64,000 nt of DNA from Bacteroidota bacterium (GCA_009786185.1 WQTS01000137.1:855-64854), one strand, 5' to 3'; positions 35,426 to 45,064 are shown, counted from the stretch's first letter. Numbers and translations are program-made. Notes: generated by a model not told the origin, from the sequence alone.

Positions 35426-36877
35426 ATGAGCACCTACAGAATTGAAAAAGACACCTTAGGTGAAGTTCAAGTGCCTGCAAATGCGCCTTGGGGGGCGCAA
35501 ACCCAACGCTCGTTAAACAACTTTAAAATCGGCAACGAAAAAATGCCGGTGGAAATTATAAATGCAATAGCCGTAGTAAAAAAATCTGCGGCTTTTGCTA
35601 ATTATGACTGCGGCGTGCTACTAAGGGAAAAGTGCGAAGCGATTGAAAGAGGTTGCGATTACATCTTAGCCGGCAAACTCCCCGACGCATTTCCGTTGTC
35701 GGTATGGCAAACAGGTTCCGGCACACAAACCAACATGAATCTTAATGAGGTAATTGCGAATTATGCCAAAACTTTAACTCCACCTGTAACGCTGTCGCCC
35801 AACGACGATGTAAACAAATCGCAATCCACCAATGATGTGTTTCCTACGGCCATGCGCATTGCTGCGTTGCAAGCCACTTGCACCGGCTTGCTTCCTGCAT
35901 TGGAAAAACTTACATTATCACTCTCCGAAAAATCAAAAGAGTTTGTGGCGATTAAAAAAATCGGACGCACCCATTTAATGGATGCAACACCACTCACTTT
36001 AGGCGAAGAGTTCTCGGCTTTTGCCGCACAGCTGTCATTCGGCTTAACCAATATTAAAAACGCACTTTATCCCATAACCGCCTTACCTATTGGCGGAACC
36101 GCCGTAGGAAACGGCATCAACACCCCACAAGGTTATGACGAAAAAGTGGTAAATTACATCAACCAATTTACCATCATAGAAGGGAGAAGGAAGGCGGAAG
36201 AAAAATCCCCTTCAAATTTTGAAGGGGTGTCTCGCGAAGCGAGACGGGGTAGTTTATATGAATTTTCACCCGCCCAAAACAAATTCGAAGCCATGGCCTC
36301 CCACGACGCCTTCGTAGAGCTTTCGGGCGCACTCAAACGCCTCGCCGTCTCACTCATGAAAATCGCTAATGACATCCGATTGTTAGGTTCAGGTCCGCGA
36401 TGTGGTTTAGGCGAGCTACTGCTTCCCGAAAACGAGCCCGGTTCCTCTATCATGCCCGGAAAAGTAAATCCTACACAATGTGAAGCAATTACCATGGTAT
36501 GCTGCCAGGTAATTGGCAACGATGTTGCGATTACTACCGGCGCCATGCAAGGACATTTGCAATTAAATGTATTTATGCCGCTCATTGCCAAAAACATTTT
36601 ACAATCTATTCATTTATTGAGCGATGCGATGGATTCCTTTAATGATCATTGCGTAATTGGCATCGAACCGAATTTAAAAAACATTAAAAAACATTATGAG
36701 AACTCATTAATGTTGGTTACCGCCTTAAATTCTGTAATTGGTTATAGTAATGCTGCAAAAATAGCACAACATGCGCATAAAAATGATTTGACGCTGAAGG
36801 AGGCTGCGTTGGAGTTGGGGTTGATTTCGGAAAAAATGTTTGATGAGGTGATGGGAGTGGCTTTTCTATCAAAGTAA
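35426..36877 (+). CDS. fumC: class II fumarate hydratase carrying an in-frame insertion of ~27-29 aa
   Basis: The signature GSSIMPGKVNPTQCE and an alignment to the FumC pattern along its length support the call. An extra segment, IIEGRRKAEEKSPSNFEGVSREARRGSLY, precedes the conserved NKFEA motif. Confidence 0.9.
   Translation: MSTYRIEKDTLGEVQVPANAPWGAQTQRSLNNFKIGNEKMPVEIINAIAVVKKSAAFANYDCGVLLREKCEAIERGCDYILAGKLPDAFPLSVWQTGSGTQTNMNLNEVIANYAKTLTPPVTLSPNDDVNKSQSTNDVFPTAMRIAALQATCTGLLPALEKLTLSLSEKSKEFVAIKKIGRTHLMDATPLTLGEEFSAFAAQLSFGLTNIKNALYPITALPIGGTAVGNGINTPQGYDEKVVNYINQFTIIEGRRKAEEKSPSNFEGVSREARRGSLYEFSPAQNKFEAMASHDAFVELSGALKRLAVSLMKIANDIRLLGSGPRCGLGELLLPENEPGSSIMPGKVNPTQCEAITMVCCQVIGNDVAITTGAMQGHLQLNVFMPLIAKNILQSIHLLSDAMDSFNDHCVIGIEPNLKNIKKHYENSLMLVTALNSVIGYSNAAKIAQHAHKNDLTLKEAALELGLISEKMFDEVMGVAFLSK
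36198..36259 (+). repeat. 62-nt double-hairpin repeat element, copy inside the fumC coding sequence
   Basis: It is identical to the reverse complement of 30427-30488 (aagaaaaatccccttcaaattttgaaggggtgtctcgcgaagcgagacggggtagtttatat). Confidence 0.85.
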
Positions 36878-37048
36878 CAATTATGATGGTTGGTTGCATT
36901 TTTTGCAATCATTTTAACGTAGTGGCGGCTTCACGCAGGCGAGGTTTCAACACACCGACAAATGCGAACAAACATTTGATTTTCAAAATATTTATCCCGC
37001 GAGGCAAACCCTGCCCGCGGCAAACTACTAGCCAACTGTTCGAACATT

Positions 37049-37501
37049 TTATCTTCTGTTTAGTCTGATTTCTTCTCCCAAAAATCTTAAATCCATTGTC
37101 CTTTTATTTACTGTCCCTACCCAAGTTTGCCCTGCAAAAAAACCGGTTGAGTCAAAAAATAATGTTAAAGTTTTTCCATAATAAGTATAGCCCGCTATAT
37201 GATGTAGATGTTCCTGTGAATAATACTCGACATCATTTATAGTATCATAGATTTCAAATTTATTTATAACAACATCTGCTTGAGGCTCCACAAAAGAGAT
37301 TGTCATTTTTCCTCGCACAACGAATCCACCATTCAAATCAGGCAAAGGAAAAATAGGACCTAGATATTTAACTTCAAGCTCATCACTTTCCCAAAAAGTT
37401 CCAGCTAATTTCGCACCGGGTTTATCACACGAATAAAAAGAAGTAATTGCAAATAGGCTAAAAATTAGTACTAATAACAATTTTAAATTTATTTTTTTCA
37501 T
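37049..37501 (-). CDS. lipoprotein (unknown function)
   Basis: Signal peptide with lipobox: LFAITSFYSC-DK. Confidence 0.5.
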   Translation of the reverse strand: MKKINLKLLLVLIFSLFAITSFYSCDKPGAKLAGTFWESDELEVKYLGPIFPLPDLNGGFVVRGKMTISFVEPQADVVINKFEIYDTINDVEYYSQEHLHHIAGYTYYGKTLTLFFDSTGFFAGQTWVGTVNKRTMDLRFLGEEIRLNRR

Positions 37502-37927
37502 TTTTTAAGTTTAACGTTTGCTCCTAACACAAACGAAATTTGACATTAATTCATTTTGTACTTTTGCCTTTAAGTGTTTCTGGCATTTACGAAACGAATT
37601 TCTGCTCAACTTATTTCTATACGCCACACATTGCCTGCCTGTTTTGACCGTCTTATTTTTCGGAAAAGCTAAATCTCTTTCATTTTCAGCCGTTTCTTTC
37701 AAAATTACGCTATTTTCAGAACGAGCCTCAAATATTTTCTGGAACGAGTGTACAAATAATTGCGGCAAATATGACGCGATACCTATTACATTTTTTTGCA
37801 CAATATGCCTGCGGAGGATTTGCTGTCATTTTTTTACCGTGCGGTTTTCAATGCGATGCAAATTTGTGAGCATGACATTGAAAACAGGGCAAAGCGACTG
37901 CTACTAACCTATCACTACCTTTTTATA

Positions 37928-37963
37928 CAAAAAATCAGCATTGTATTTTGTTCCAATGCTGAT
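37928..37963 (-). terminator. rho-independent terminator of the small OMP gene
   Basis: A perfect 10-bp stem (atcagcattg / caatgctgat) is followed by a T-run on the minus strand, 26 nt after the stop. Confidence 0.6.
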
Positions 37964-37988
37964 TTACAACTAAAAATTCACTAACGTT

Positions 37989-38513
37989 TTAAAATTTATA
38001 ACGAATTCCTAAACCACCACCAAATACCCCAAGCAGATTAAATCCAACGCCACCTTTATAAAATGATGGTCCAATAAGTGGACACCAGTCAAGTGACAGT
38101 TGAAGGGGAAATTTAAAGTTATACTCTACACCAATCATTCCAGTTGCTCCAGCAAAACCTACAAATAATTTGGCTGATCTATCGTCTATTTTTACTTGAT
38201 GATTAGTAGGGTATCTCCACCAATCCGGCCAATACATACCAACTCCACCTCCTACTCCGGCGTACCAATTCCACGAGCCAGCACCTTTCCATGAATTAAA
38301 AGGGAAAATCCAGTTGTAGGTTGCCGTTGCTTGAATTCCCATATTGAAACGAGAGACATCCAAATCCACTTGAAGCATATTCTTATCACCAAGTCCATGT
38401 TGATATGAAACGCCTGCTCCCCATCCCAAACGACCTCCTATGGCTCTTGGCTGCGCCAAAGAGACAGTACAAGTAGCAATAAAAATAATTGCTAAAATTA
38501 ATGTTTTTTTCAT
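37989..38513 (-). CDS. small outer-membrane beta-barrel protein
   Basis: The start was moved to MKKTLILAIIFIATCTVSLAQ. The protein is Gly/aromatic-rich with alternating strands and ends in GIRYKF. Confidence 0.6.
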   Translation of the reverse strand: MKKTLILAIIFIATCTVSLAQPRAIGGRLGWGAGVSYQHGLGDKNMLQVDLDVSRFNMGIQATATYNWIFPFNSWKGAGSWNWYAGVGGGVGMYWPDWWRYPTNHQVKIDDRSAKLFVGFAGATGMIGVEYNFKFPLQLSLDWCPLIGPSFYKGGVGFNLLGVFGGGLGIRYKF

Positions 38514-38541
38514 AATGTAATAATTTAAGTTAGACATTTTT

Positions 38542-38997
38542 TTATTTTATTTTTCCCAACTCAATATCTCCTATGTTTAAGACATAATCGCCTTTATAGT
38601 TTTTGGATGGGCTTCCCGATAAAGGTACATTTGAAAAATCTACCGAAATAGTTGTGTCTTTGTATCCAATACCGTAATAATCATAAATATAAACTAATGG
38701 ATTTATATAAGCTAATGGAAGACGTACTTTACTTATAACACGAAATTCGCCATCTGTATATGACCAACCGTCGTACTCAACAGGCGACTTTTTTGGTATT
38801 TTCGGTCTATCTTCCGGATTGGGTAAATTATACTCATTAAAAGAAAGCAGAATGCTTTTAATAGGTTCTTTCGTATTTTTATCAATAACTCTTCCCTCAA
38901 CCATATAGTGTACATAAGTCTCTTTATCGCAGGAAGAAAAAATAAATGTCAATCCAAAACAGATTAACAAACCGATAATAATTTGATGTTTTTTCAT
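38542..38997 (-). CDS. lipoprotein (unknown function)
   Basis: Signal peptide with lipobox: LTFIFSSC-DK. Confidence 0.5.
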   Translation of the reverse strand: MKKHQIIIGLLICFGLTFIFSSCDKETYVHYMVEGRVIDKNTKEPIKSILLSFNEYNLPNPEDRPKIPKKSPVEYDGWSYTDGEFRVISKVRLPLAYINPLVYIYDYYGIGYKDTTISVDFSNVPLSGSPSKNYKGDYVLNIGDIELGKIK

Positions 38998-39010
38998 TTT
39001 TTAATCCCTA

Positions 39011-39084
39011 ATTCGTGTCGGGCGCAGCTTTTTAGGTAATTTTTTTAACGTTTAGTTCCACTTTTCATTGTATAGACGACGCAC
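39011..39084 (+). repeat. intergenic repeat family, copy A
   Basis: It shares attcgtgtcgggcg, ttttttaacgtt and cacttttcattgt blocks, in the same order and orientation, with 41141-41209. Confidence 0.7.
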
Positions 39085-39105
39085 TACAACGAGAATGCAC
39101 TCTTT

Positions 39106-39450
39106 TTAATTTTCCTTTTCAATACATTTTAACTTGCATGGATACACACAACTTGCATCTGCCAATCTGATACCGTCATATTCTTCCAAACATACCGATA
39201 CAGCAATAGGTTCTTTTTGTTTATACTCCTTTGGTATAGTACCTTTTATAAAGCATATACCATTCTCTCCGGTAAAAATTGCGTGTAAGTCAGATTTATC
39301 CTGAGACCACAATCCCATAACTGATAAATCAATTTTCTCATTTGAATATTCAAATATTCCTGTCAAACCGCAATCACAATTTTTCTGTTTAACACAACTT
39401 CCTAATCCAATTATTGGTAGGAGTAATAAGATTAAATAAATTCTTTTCAC
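39106..39450 (-). CDS. lipoprotein (unknown function), GTG start
   Basis: Signal peptide with lipobox (IIGLGSC-VK). 114 aa. Confidence 0.45.
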   Translation of the reverse strand: MKRIYLILLLLPIIGLGSCVKQKNCDCGLTGIFEYSNEKIDLSVMGLWSQDKSDLHAIFTGENGICFIKGTIPKEYKQKEPIAVSVCLEEYDGIRLADASCVYPCKLKCIEKEN

Positions 39451-39806
39451 AATGTAAATTTTTAATGATTAACTATTAGCTTTCATTTTGTAATCATTTT
39501 TGGTTTGTTTTTTCGAGATACCCGTCACACTGTCCGCCATTGCCTACAACGCATAAATAGACGAAAGTTCCCCTTCAATTGAAATTCAAAATTTCCATCC
39601 ATTTAGATTGTTGTTAATCATAACTTTGATATCATCCTATTTATCAGATATTTTGAGTGCTACTATTCTGTTTTTGTCAAATTGATATACAAAATGCGTA
39701 TAAATATTTGTGTGTTTCGTGATACAAATGTACACCATTTCTACTGCGACAAAGGCTTTTTAATGATTTAATTTATTCTTTATCAATGCGTTATGACGAA
39801 CTGAGG

Positions 39807-40895
39807 TTAATACCATTTTTTGAATTTAAAATAGAGCCACCCACCCACACCGATAAAAATCATTAATCCCCAAGCAAGATAATAACCATATTCCAATTCA
39901 AGTTCAGGCATATTACGAAAATTCATTCCCCACAAACCGGCTACGAAAGTGAGTGGTATGAAAATACTGCCGATCACGGTCAGTTGTTTCATTATATTAT
40001 TCATTTTCAAATCGTTTTTTGCTAAATAAAGGTCGAGCAAAGAAGTAATGACTTCGCGACACACGTCGATTTTCTGTACTGCCATTAACAAATGGTCGTG
40101 TACATCGTTAAAATAAGCAATGTTTTTTTCGTTCAACAGGTCACTGTCGCTACGCAAAAAAAAGGCAAAGCTTTCTTTGAGTGGCTGTACCGTTTTTTTT
40201 AGCAACAGGTATTTTATCCGCAAAAGTTGTATTTGTTGGCTGATGTCCACTTGGTTTTTATTCACGTCCATTAATTCGGTTTCCAATTCTTCCAAATCGT
40301 ATTCCACGCAGTCTATCAGTGCAGTATAATTGTCGCAGATCTTGTGCAAAAGCAATAACGCAAGGTAGTCGGGCGACTTTTTCCACAGCTTTGAGTTGGT
40401 TTCGTGCAAGGCTTTTTTGATGTCGTCGAAATATGGGGTATCGGTTTCTTGAAAAGTCAGCAAAAAATTGTTGCCCAACACGAAAGCGAGCTGTTCTTTG
40501 TGTAATTCTTGATTTTCATCTATAGATAATGCTTTCAAAATCAATAGAATGTTATTATTATCTTCGTATTCCTCAATTTTTGGGATATGGTCGTTGTTCA
40601 AAATATCTTGCATTTCGAGGATATGTAAGGAAAAATAATGCCCGATGTCGGAAATTAATTTAGTATCGGACAAACCACTAATATTGAGCCAACAAACACT
40701 GTTTTCATTGCGCTTTACTGATAATTCTTCTACCGATTTCAAGCCGAAAACCTCAATATGCGTTTCGTCATATTGGATTAGCTGCATAGAAGTGTTGTAC
40801 TCCGAAGTACCTGTATAAATAAGTTTTTCGGAGAGAAGCGTGTTTTTGGCATTTTTAGCTTTGTTGTGCTTCTTGAATTTTAGTTTGTGACGCAT
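39807..40895 (-). CDS. corA: CorA-family magnesium/cobalt transporter
   Basis: The C-terminal region has two TM helices with the GMNF signature (LWGMNFRNMPELE). Confidence 0.85.
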   Translation of the reverse strand: MRHKLKFKKHNKAKNAKNTLLSEKLIYTGTSEYNTSMQLIQYDETHIEVFGLKSVEELSVKRNENSVCWLNISGLSDTKLISDIGHYFSLHILEMQDILNNDHIPKIEEYEDNNNILLILKALSIDENQELHKEQLAFVLGNNFLLTFQETDTPYFDDIKKALHETNSKLWKKSPDYLALLLLHKICDNYTALIDCVEYDLEELETELMDVNKNQVDISQQIQLLRIKYLLLKKTVQPLKESFAFFLRSDSDLLNEKNIAYFNDVHDHLLMAVQKIDVCREVITSLLDLYLAKNDLKMNNIMKQLTVIGSIFIPLTFVAGLWGMNFRNMPELELEYGYYLAWGLMIFIGVGGWLYFKFKKWY

Positions 40896-41140
40896 AATGT
40901 TTTTTTAATGTTATAGAAAAAAATCGCTGTTTTGGATTTGCTGTAAGACATGCACTGACATTCATAATACCACTTATTCGATAGTTTTTTATAGCCCCTC
41001 TTCCCCAGTCGACATCTTGCCGACTGAATGTTATTGAAAATGTTTCATTTCCGTCCATAATGTATGTTTTTATTAATTAACATCTCATATACCAAGTTTA
41101 ATATCAATATACGTTGCATATAAAAATTTATTGAGTTGAC

Positions 41141-41209
41141 ATTCGTGTCGGGCGTAACTTTTATATTTTTTTTAACGTTCAATTTCACTTTTCATTGTCA
41201 AGACCGCAC
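41141..41209 (+). repeat. intergenic repeat family, copy B
   Basis: See copy A. Its 3' continuation (tcccgccattgcatataacacgtaaa) also resembles 39532-39556. Confidence 0.7.
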
Positions 41210-41390
41210 ATATATCCCGCCATTGCATATAACACGTAAAACGCAACTTTCATATACCAACCGCAAATTAACACAAAATCCCCCAAGCACATACAAGCAA
41301 TATAAAAGTCTCCAAAAAACATAATCCCCAAATTGATTTTTTCAACTATTTTTGCCATCACTTTTTAACAAACTTATTTTATTGTAAAAC

Positions 41391-41930
41391 ATGGAAAAAG
41401 AACTAACCGTAGGCACCAGAATCAGCCATGAAAAATATGGCGAAGGCATCATCAGTAAAAACAATCCGCTTACTTACAAAGTTATTTTTGTGAGGGGAGG
41501 CGAGTTGGAATTCTCTAAAATGAGCGTTAATTTTGATGTTATAGAAGAAAATGAGCAAGAAGAAGATCAAAGACCCAAAATTAATGTGAAAGAGATAGAA
41601 TTTATGCTGAAATACGTGTTGGACAGATTTAACGGTTTACATTATAAAGTGGATTTGGGGAAAAAGTGGGACGGCGGTGTTATGATTCTTCAACCCGGAA
41701 ATAAAGACTTGAAACCCAAAGAGATTCCAATGGATACTTTCTTTCACAAAATTGTAATGTTGCGCGACAGGCTTCGGGTTTTAGAGCAAAACATTAATAG
41801 TCACAATACTTTAAGTGATGAAGAGAAAGTAAATTTGCAACAATATATTACGCGTTGTTATGGGAGTTTAACTACGTTTAATATTCTTTTTGATGATAAA
41901 GAGGATTTCTTTGTGGGGGCAAAGTCTTAA
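41391..41930 (+). CDS. hypothetical protein
   Basis: A clean 179-aa ORF. I do not recognise a motif. Confidence 0.4.
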   Translation: MEKELTVGTRISHEKYGEGIISKNNPLTYKVIFVRGGELEFSKMSVNFDVIEENEQEEDQRPKINVKEIEFMLKYVLDRFNGLHYKVDLGKKWDGGVMILQPGNKDLKPKEIPMDTFFHKIVMLRDRLRVLEQNINSHNTLSDEEKVNLQQYITRCYGSLTTFNILFDDKEDFFVGAKS

Positions 41931-41932
41931 AG

Positions 41933-41970
41933 CACGCAGATGACGCAGATTTAATAGATGAACGCAGATT
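41933..41970 (+). repeat. 38-nt triple-ACGCAGAT element (downstream bracket of the ABC-2 permease gene)
   Basis: acgcagat occurs at 41934, 41943 and 41962 (spacing 9 and 19). The last copy overlaps the stop codon at 41969-41971. Confidence 0.75.
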
Positions 41971-43084
41971 AGCTTTGTTTTTTGTAGCTAACCATCGCCC
42001 AAAAGTTTGCGGCAACGGCAAAAATAAGCAATGAACTTAATTGTGGCAATATATCAGAGATTGTGCATCCTTTTAGATATACAAAGCGCATAATTTCTGC
42101 ATAATAACGCAACGGATTTGCATACGTTAGCAACTGTGCCCAGCGCGGCATGGAAGCAATGGGTGTGAGCAGCCCGCTCATTAAGATAAATACTACCAAG
42201 AAAAACATGGCAATCATCAGTGCTTGTTGCATAGTATCTGACTTATTGGAGATTACCAATCCAATGCCCGACATAGTGAGTATGAAAACTGCTGCTGCCA
42301 AATAGAGTGTGCCCAAACTTCCTACAGGAATTAAGCCATACACAAGATAGGCAATAATAAAGCCTAAAGTCAATACAATAAAGCCAATAACCCAAAAAGG
42401 AATGATTTTTGCCAAGATGAAATAGAACTTTTTTACCGGTGTAACATTCATTTGTTCAATGGTGCCGGTTTCTTTTTCCATTACAATGTTGACCGCCGGC
42501 ATGGCGCCGCACATTAACACAATGAGCATCATCATAATAGCAGGAACCATGTAGGCTTTGTAGTTCATCATGGGATTGAACAGCGCACGGTTGGTAACTT
42601 GTATGGTTTGTTGGGGTGCCACATCATTAAAAGCAGCCAATTCCATGGAAATATTCTTGGAAAAATCCATGGCAACGGAAGCTAAATAGGCGGTTCCCAT
42701 CAACCCTTTCATGCCATCCACTGCGTTGGCGGAAATGAGTATGGTTGATTTTTTTTGCTTCACCAAATCGCGCTCAAAATGTTGAGGAATCTCTAATATG
42801 GCATCTGCATTACCGCGTTCAATCCGGTTTCTCATAGCATCGTTGTAGCTATTTTCGCTCGCCACGATGTGATAATATTTTGAAGAACCGATTTTTTCTA
42901 TAAAACGTTTAGAGTAACCAGAGTGATCGTTATCCACTACAACCAAACGAATGTTTTTCACTTCAAAATCGGCGGCAAAAGGCAGGAGCAATAGAAAAAC
43001 AACCGGCATCACGAAGATAATGATCGGGAGGATTCTATTTCTTTTGATTAGTTTGAATTCTTTTTCGATTAGGTATTTGAGCAT
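41969..43084 (-). CDS. ABC-2-type transporter permease
   Basis: 371 aa. One N-terminal TM helix and a large loop are followed by five C-terminal TM helices, which is the typical ABC-2 layout. Confidence 0.65.
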   Translation of the reverse strand: MLKYLIEKEFKLIKRNRILPIIIFVMPVVFLLLLPFAADFEVKNIRLVVVDNDHSGYSKRFIEKIGSSKYYHIVASENSYNDAMRNRIERGNADAILEIPQHFERDLVKQKKSTILISANAVDGMKGLMGTAYLASVAMDFSKNISMELAAFNDVAPQQTIQVTNRALFNPMMNYKAYMVPAIMMMLIVLMCGAMPAVNIVMEKETGTIEQMNVTPVKKFYFILAKIIPFWVIGFIVLTLGFIIAYLVYGLIPVGSLGTLYLAAAVFILTMSGIGLVISNKSDTMQQALMIAMFFLVVFILMSGLLTPIASMPRWAQLLTYANPLRYYAEIMRFVYLKGCTISDILPQLSSLLIFAVAANFWAMVSYKKQS

Positions 43085-43086
43085 GG

Positions 43087-43124
43087 CACACAGATGACAC
43101 AGATTAAACGGATAGACACAGATT
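43087..43124 (+). repeat. 38-nt triple-ACACAGAT element (upstream bracket of the ABC-2 permease gene)
   Basis: acacagat occurs at 43088, 43097 and 43116, with the same 9/19 spacing and orientation as 41933-41970. It begins 3 nt from the start codon. Confidence 0.75.
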
Positions 43125-43141
43125 TTATTTAATTATAAAAT

Positions 43142-45064
43142 TTAAGATTCTTGCAGCTCCATCCATTTTTCTTCTCTGGATGCAATGCTATTTTTCAATT
43201 TCTCATATTCCGCATATAACGAACCATCCTCAATTTCTTTGGCATATTGTTCGGGTAGCGCCAACTTCATTTCAATTTGATGCAACTCTTTTTGGTCGTT
43301 TTCAATCTCTGTTTCTATTTTTTTTAGTTGGTTTTGAACTTTGCGTTGTTGCGCTTCTTGCTCTTTTTTAAGCAGATAGTTTTCTTTGTTTGCAGAAGTG
43401 GCTTTCTCCTCCCCTACCCCAAGATTCAGTTTGCGTTGCAATTCGTTTAGAGAATCTAATTTCTTCTTTTCCAAAAAATCGTAAACATCGCCGATGTAGG
43501 TTTTTATTTTTTTGTCTTTAAATTCAAAAATCTTTTCACATAAACCGGATAAAAAATCGCGGTCGTGCGAAACAATAACCAAACTTCCCGTATAATGCAA
43601 CAACGCATTTTTCAACACATCCTTCGATGCCATATCCAAGTGATTGGTCGGCTCATCTAAAATAAGCAGATTAAAAGGCGACAGTAATAATTTTGCCAAC
43701 GCTAAGCGCGACTTTTCGCCGCCGGAAAGTACTGCTACTTTTTTCTCGGTATCTTCTGTAGAAAACAAAAATCTTCCCAAAATAGTTCTGATTTTCGGAC
43801 GAATGTCTCCCACGGCAACCTCATCAATAGTTTCAAAAACAGTTTTATTCGGATTTAGTAGCAACGCTTGATTTTGTGCATAATAACCAATTACCACTTG
43901 ATGTCCTAATTGCATGGAACCGTACTGCGGAGCAAGTTCACCCACAATACTTTTCACAAAAGTGGATTTTCCTTCGCCGTTTCTTCCTACGAAAGCTACG
44001 CGCTCACCACGCTCCAAGTGCATGTCAATGTCATTCAACACATTAAAAGAACCGTATCCTAACGAAAGCTGCTTTGCTTCCACCGTTACTTTTCCGGAAT
44101 GTGGCGCAGGTGGAAATTTAAAAGAGATGGCGCTGTCATCTATCTCATCCACCATTACTTTATCCATCTTATCCAACAACTTCAATCTACTTTGCACCTG
44201 CTTGGCTTTGGAAGCTTTATAGCGAAAACGTTCTACAAAACGCTCAATTTGTGCAATCTCTTTTTGTTGGTTTTCGAATGCGGCTTGCTGGGTTTCAATG
44301 CGTTCAAACCGTTGTTCCACATATTCGGAGTAGCTGCATTTATAATCTTGAATATTTCCCAACGTAATTTCAATCGTGCGATTGGTTACGCGATCTAAAA
44401 AAGCGCGGTCGTGCGATACCATAATCAAAGCGCCTTCATAATTTGCCAAATACTCTTCCAACCATTGTATAGACTCAATATCCAAGTGGTTGGTCGGCTC
44501 ATCCAACAGAATAATTTCCGGTTTTTGGAGCAGGATTTTGGCAAGCGCCACGCGCATTTGCCAGCCGGAGCTAAACTCGTTCAGCGGGCGTTCAAAATCA
44601 GTTGATTTAAACCCCAAGCCCAATAACACTTTTTCCGCATCGGCATCCATCGTACTACCGCCGAGAATGTGAAAACGTTCCGTAAAGTCTGAAAGTTGTT
44701 GCGCCAATTTATGATATTCTTCCGATTCATAATCTTCGCGTACTGAAAGTTGTTCTGTAATCTGTGTAATTTGCTTTTCCAGTTGCTTCTGCTCCACAAA
44801 AGCAGCTACTGTTTCTTCCCAAACGCTACGCATAAAATTATTTGACATCTCTTGCGGCAAATAACCGGTTTTAAAACCGGCAGTAACCACCATAGCGCCC
44901 GATTCCGGCTCCATTTCTTTATGAATAACTTTAAGCAATGTTGATTTTCCTGCGCCGTTTTTCCCCACTAAACCGATACGATCGCGGTCGCCTACCACAA
45001 AAGAGACGTCTTTAAATAAAAAATCGCCTGTGAAATTAACTGAAAGTTTATGAATTGAAATCAT
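43142..45064 (-). CDS. ABC-F family ATPase (two ABC domains, C-terminal coiled coil)
   Basis: There are two Walker A motifs (GKNGAGKST, GRNGEGKST) and two signature motifs (SGGWQMR, LSGGEKSR), with no TM domain. Confidence 0.85.
   Translation of the reverse strand: MISIHKLSVNFTGDFLFKDVSFVVGDRDRIGLVGKNGAGKSTLLKVIHKEMEPESGAMVVTAGFKTGYLPQEMSNNFMRSVWEETVAAFVEQKQLEKQITQITEQLSVREDYESEEYHKLAQQLSDFTERFHILGGSTMDADAEKVLLGLGFKSTDFERPLNEFSSGWQMRVALAKILLQKPEIILLDEPTNHLDIESIQWLEEYLANYEGALIMVSHDRAFLDRVTNRTIEITLGNIQDYKCSYSEYVEQRFERIETQQAAFENQQKEIAQIERFVERFRYKASKAKQVQSRLKLLDKMDKVMVDEIDDSAISFKFPPAPHSGKVTVEAKQLSLGYGSFNVLNDIDMHLERGERVAFVGRNGEGKSTFVKSIVGELAPQYGSMQLGHQVVIGYYAQNQALLLNPNKTVFETIDEVAVGDIRPKIRTILGRFLFSTEDTEKKVAVLSGGEKSRLALAKLLLSPFNLLILDEPTNHLDMASKDVLKNALLHYTGSLVIVSHDRDFLSGLCEKIFEFKDKKIKTYIGDVYDFLEKKKLDSLNELQRKLNLGVGEEKATSANKENYLLKKEQEAQQRKVQNQLKKIETEIENDQKELHQIEMKLALPEQYAKEIEDGSLYAEYEKLKNSIASREEKWMELQES

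Noticed and set aside
36154-36597. 147-aa minus-strand ORF inside fumC
   Set aside because: It is antisense to a fully conserved fumarase. Part of it simply translates the palindromic insert in the other direction.
37511-37907. ORFs 37511-37801 (-) and 37518-37907 (+) in the 490-nt gap upstream of the lipoprotein gene
   Set aside because: They overlap each other and have no recognisable motifs or start context. The region contains a partial copy of the intergenic repeat family, so it was left as non-coding.
37049-39450. Integron-like cassette array (attC sites) for the small lipoprotein genes
   Set aside because: The inter-gene repeats lack the RYYYAAC / GTTRRRY core pairs and the imperfect palindrome structure of attC, and no integrase is nearby.
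40855-41058. A 67-aa ORF overlapping the corA start, and the idea of a Mg-sensing riboswitch in the ~250-nt corA leader
   Set aside because: The ORF overlaps corA and has an implausible sequence. I saw one small hairpin (cagtcg...cgactg) but nothing I can match to the M-box or any other riboswitch consensus by eye, so no call was made.
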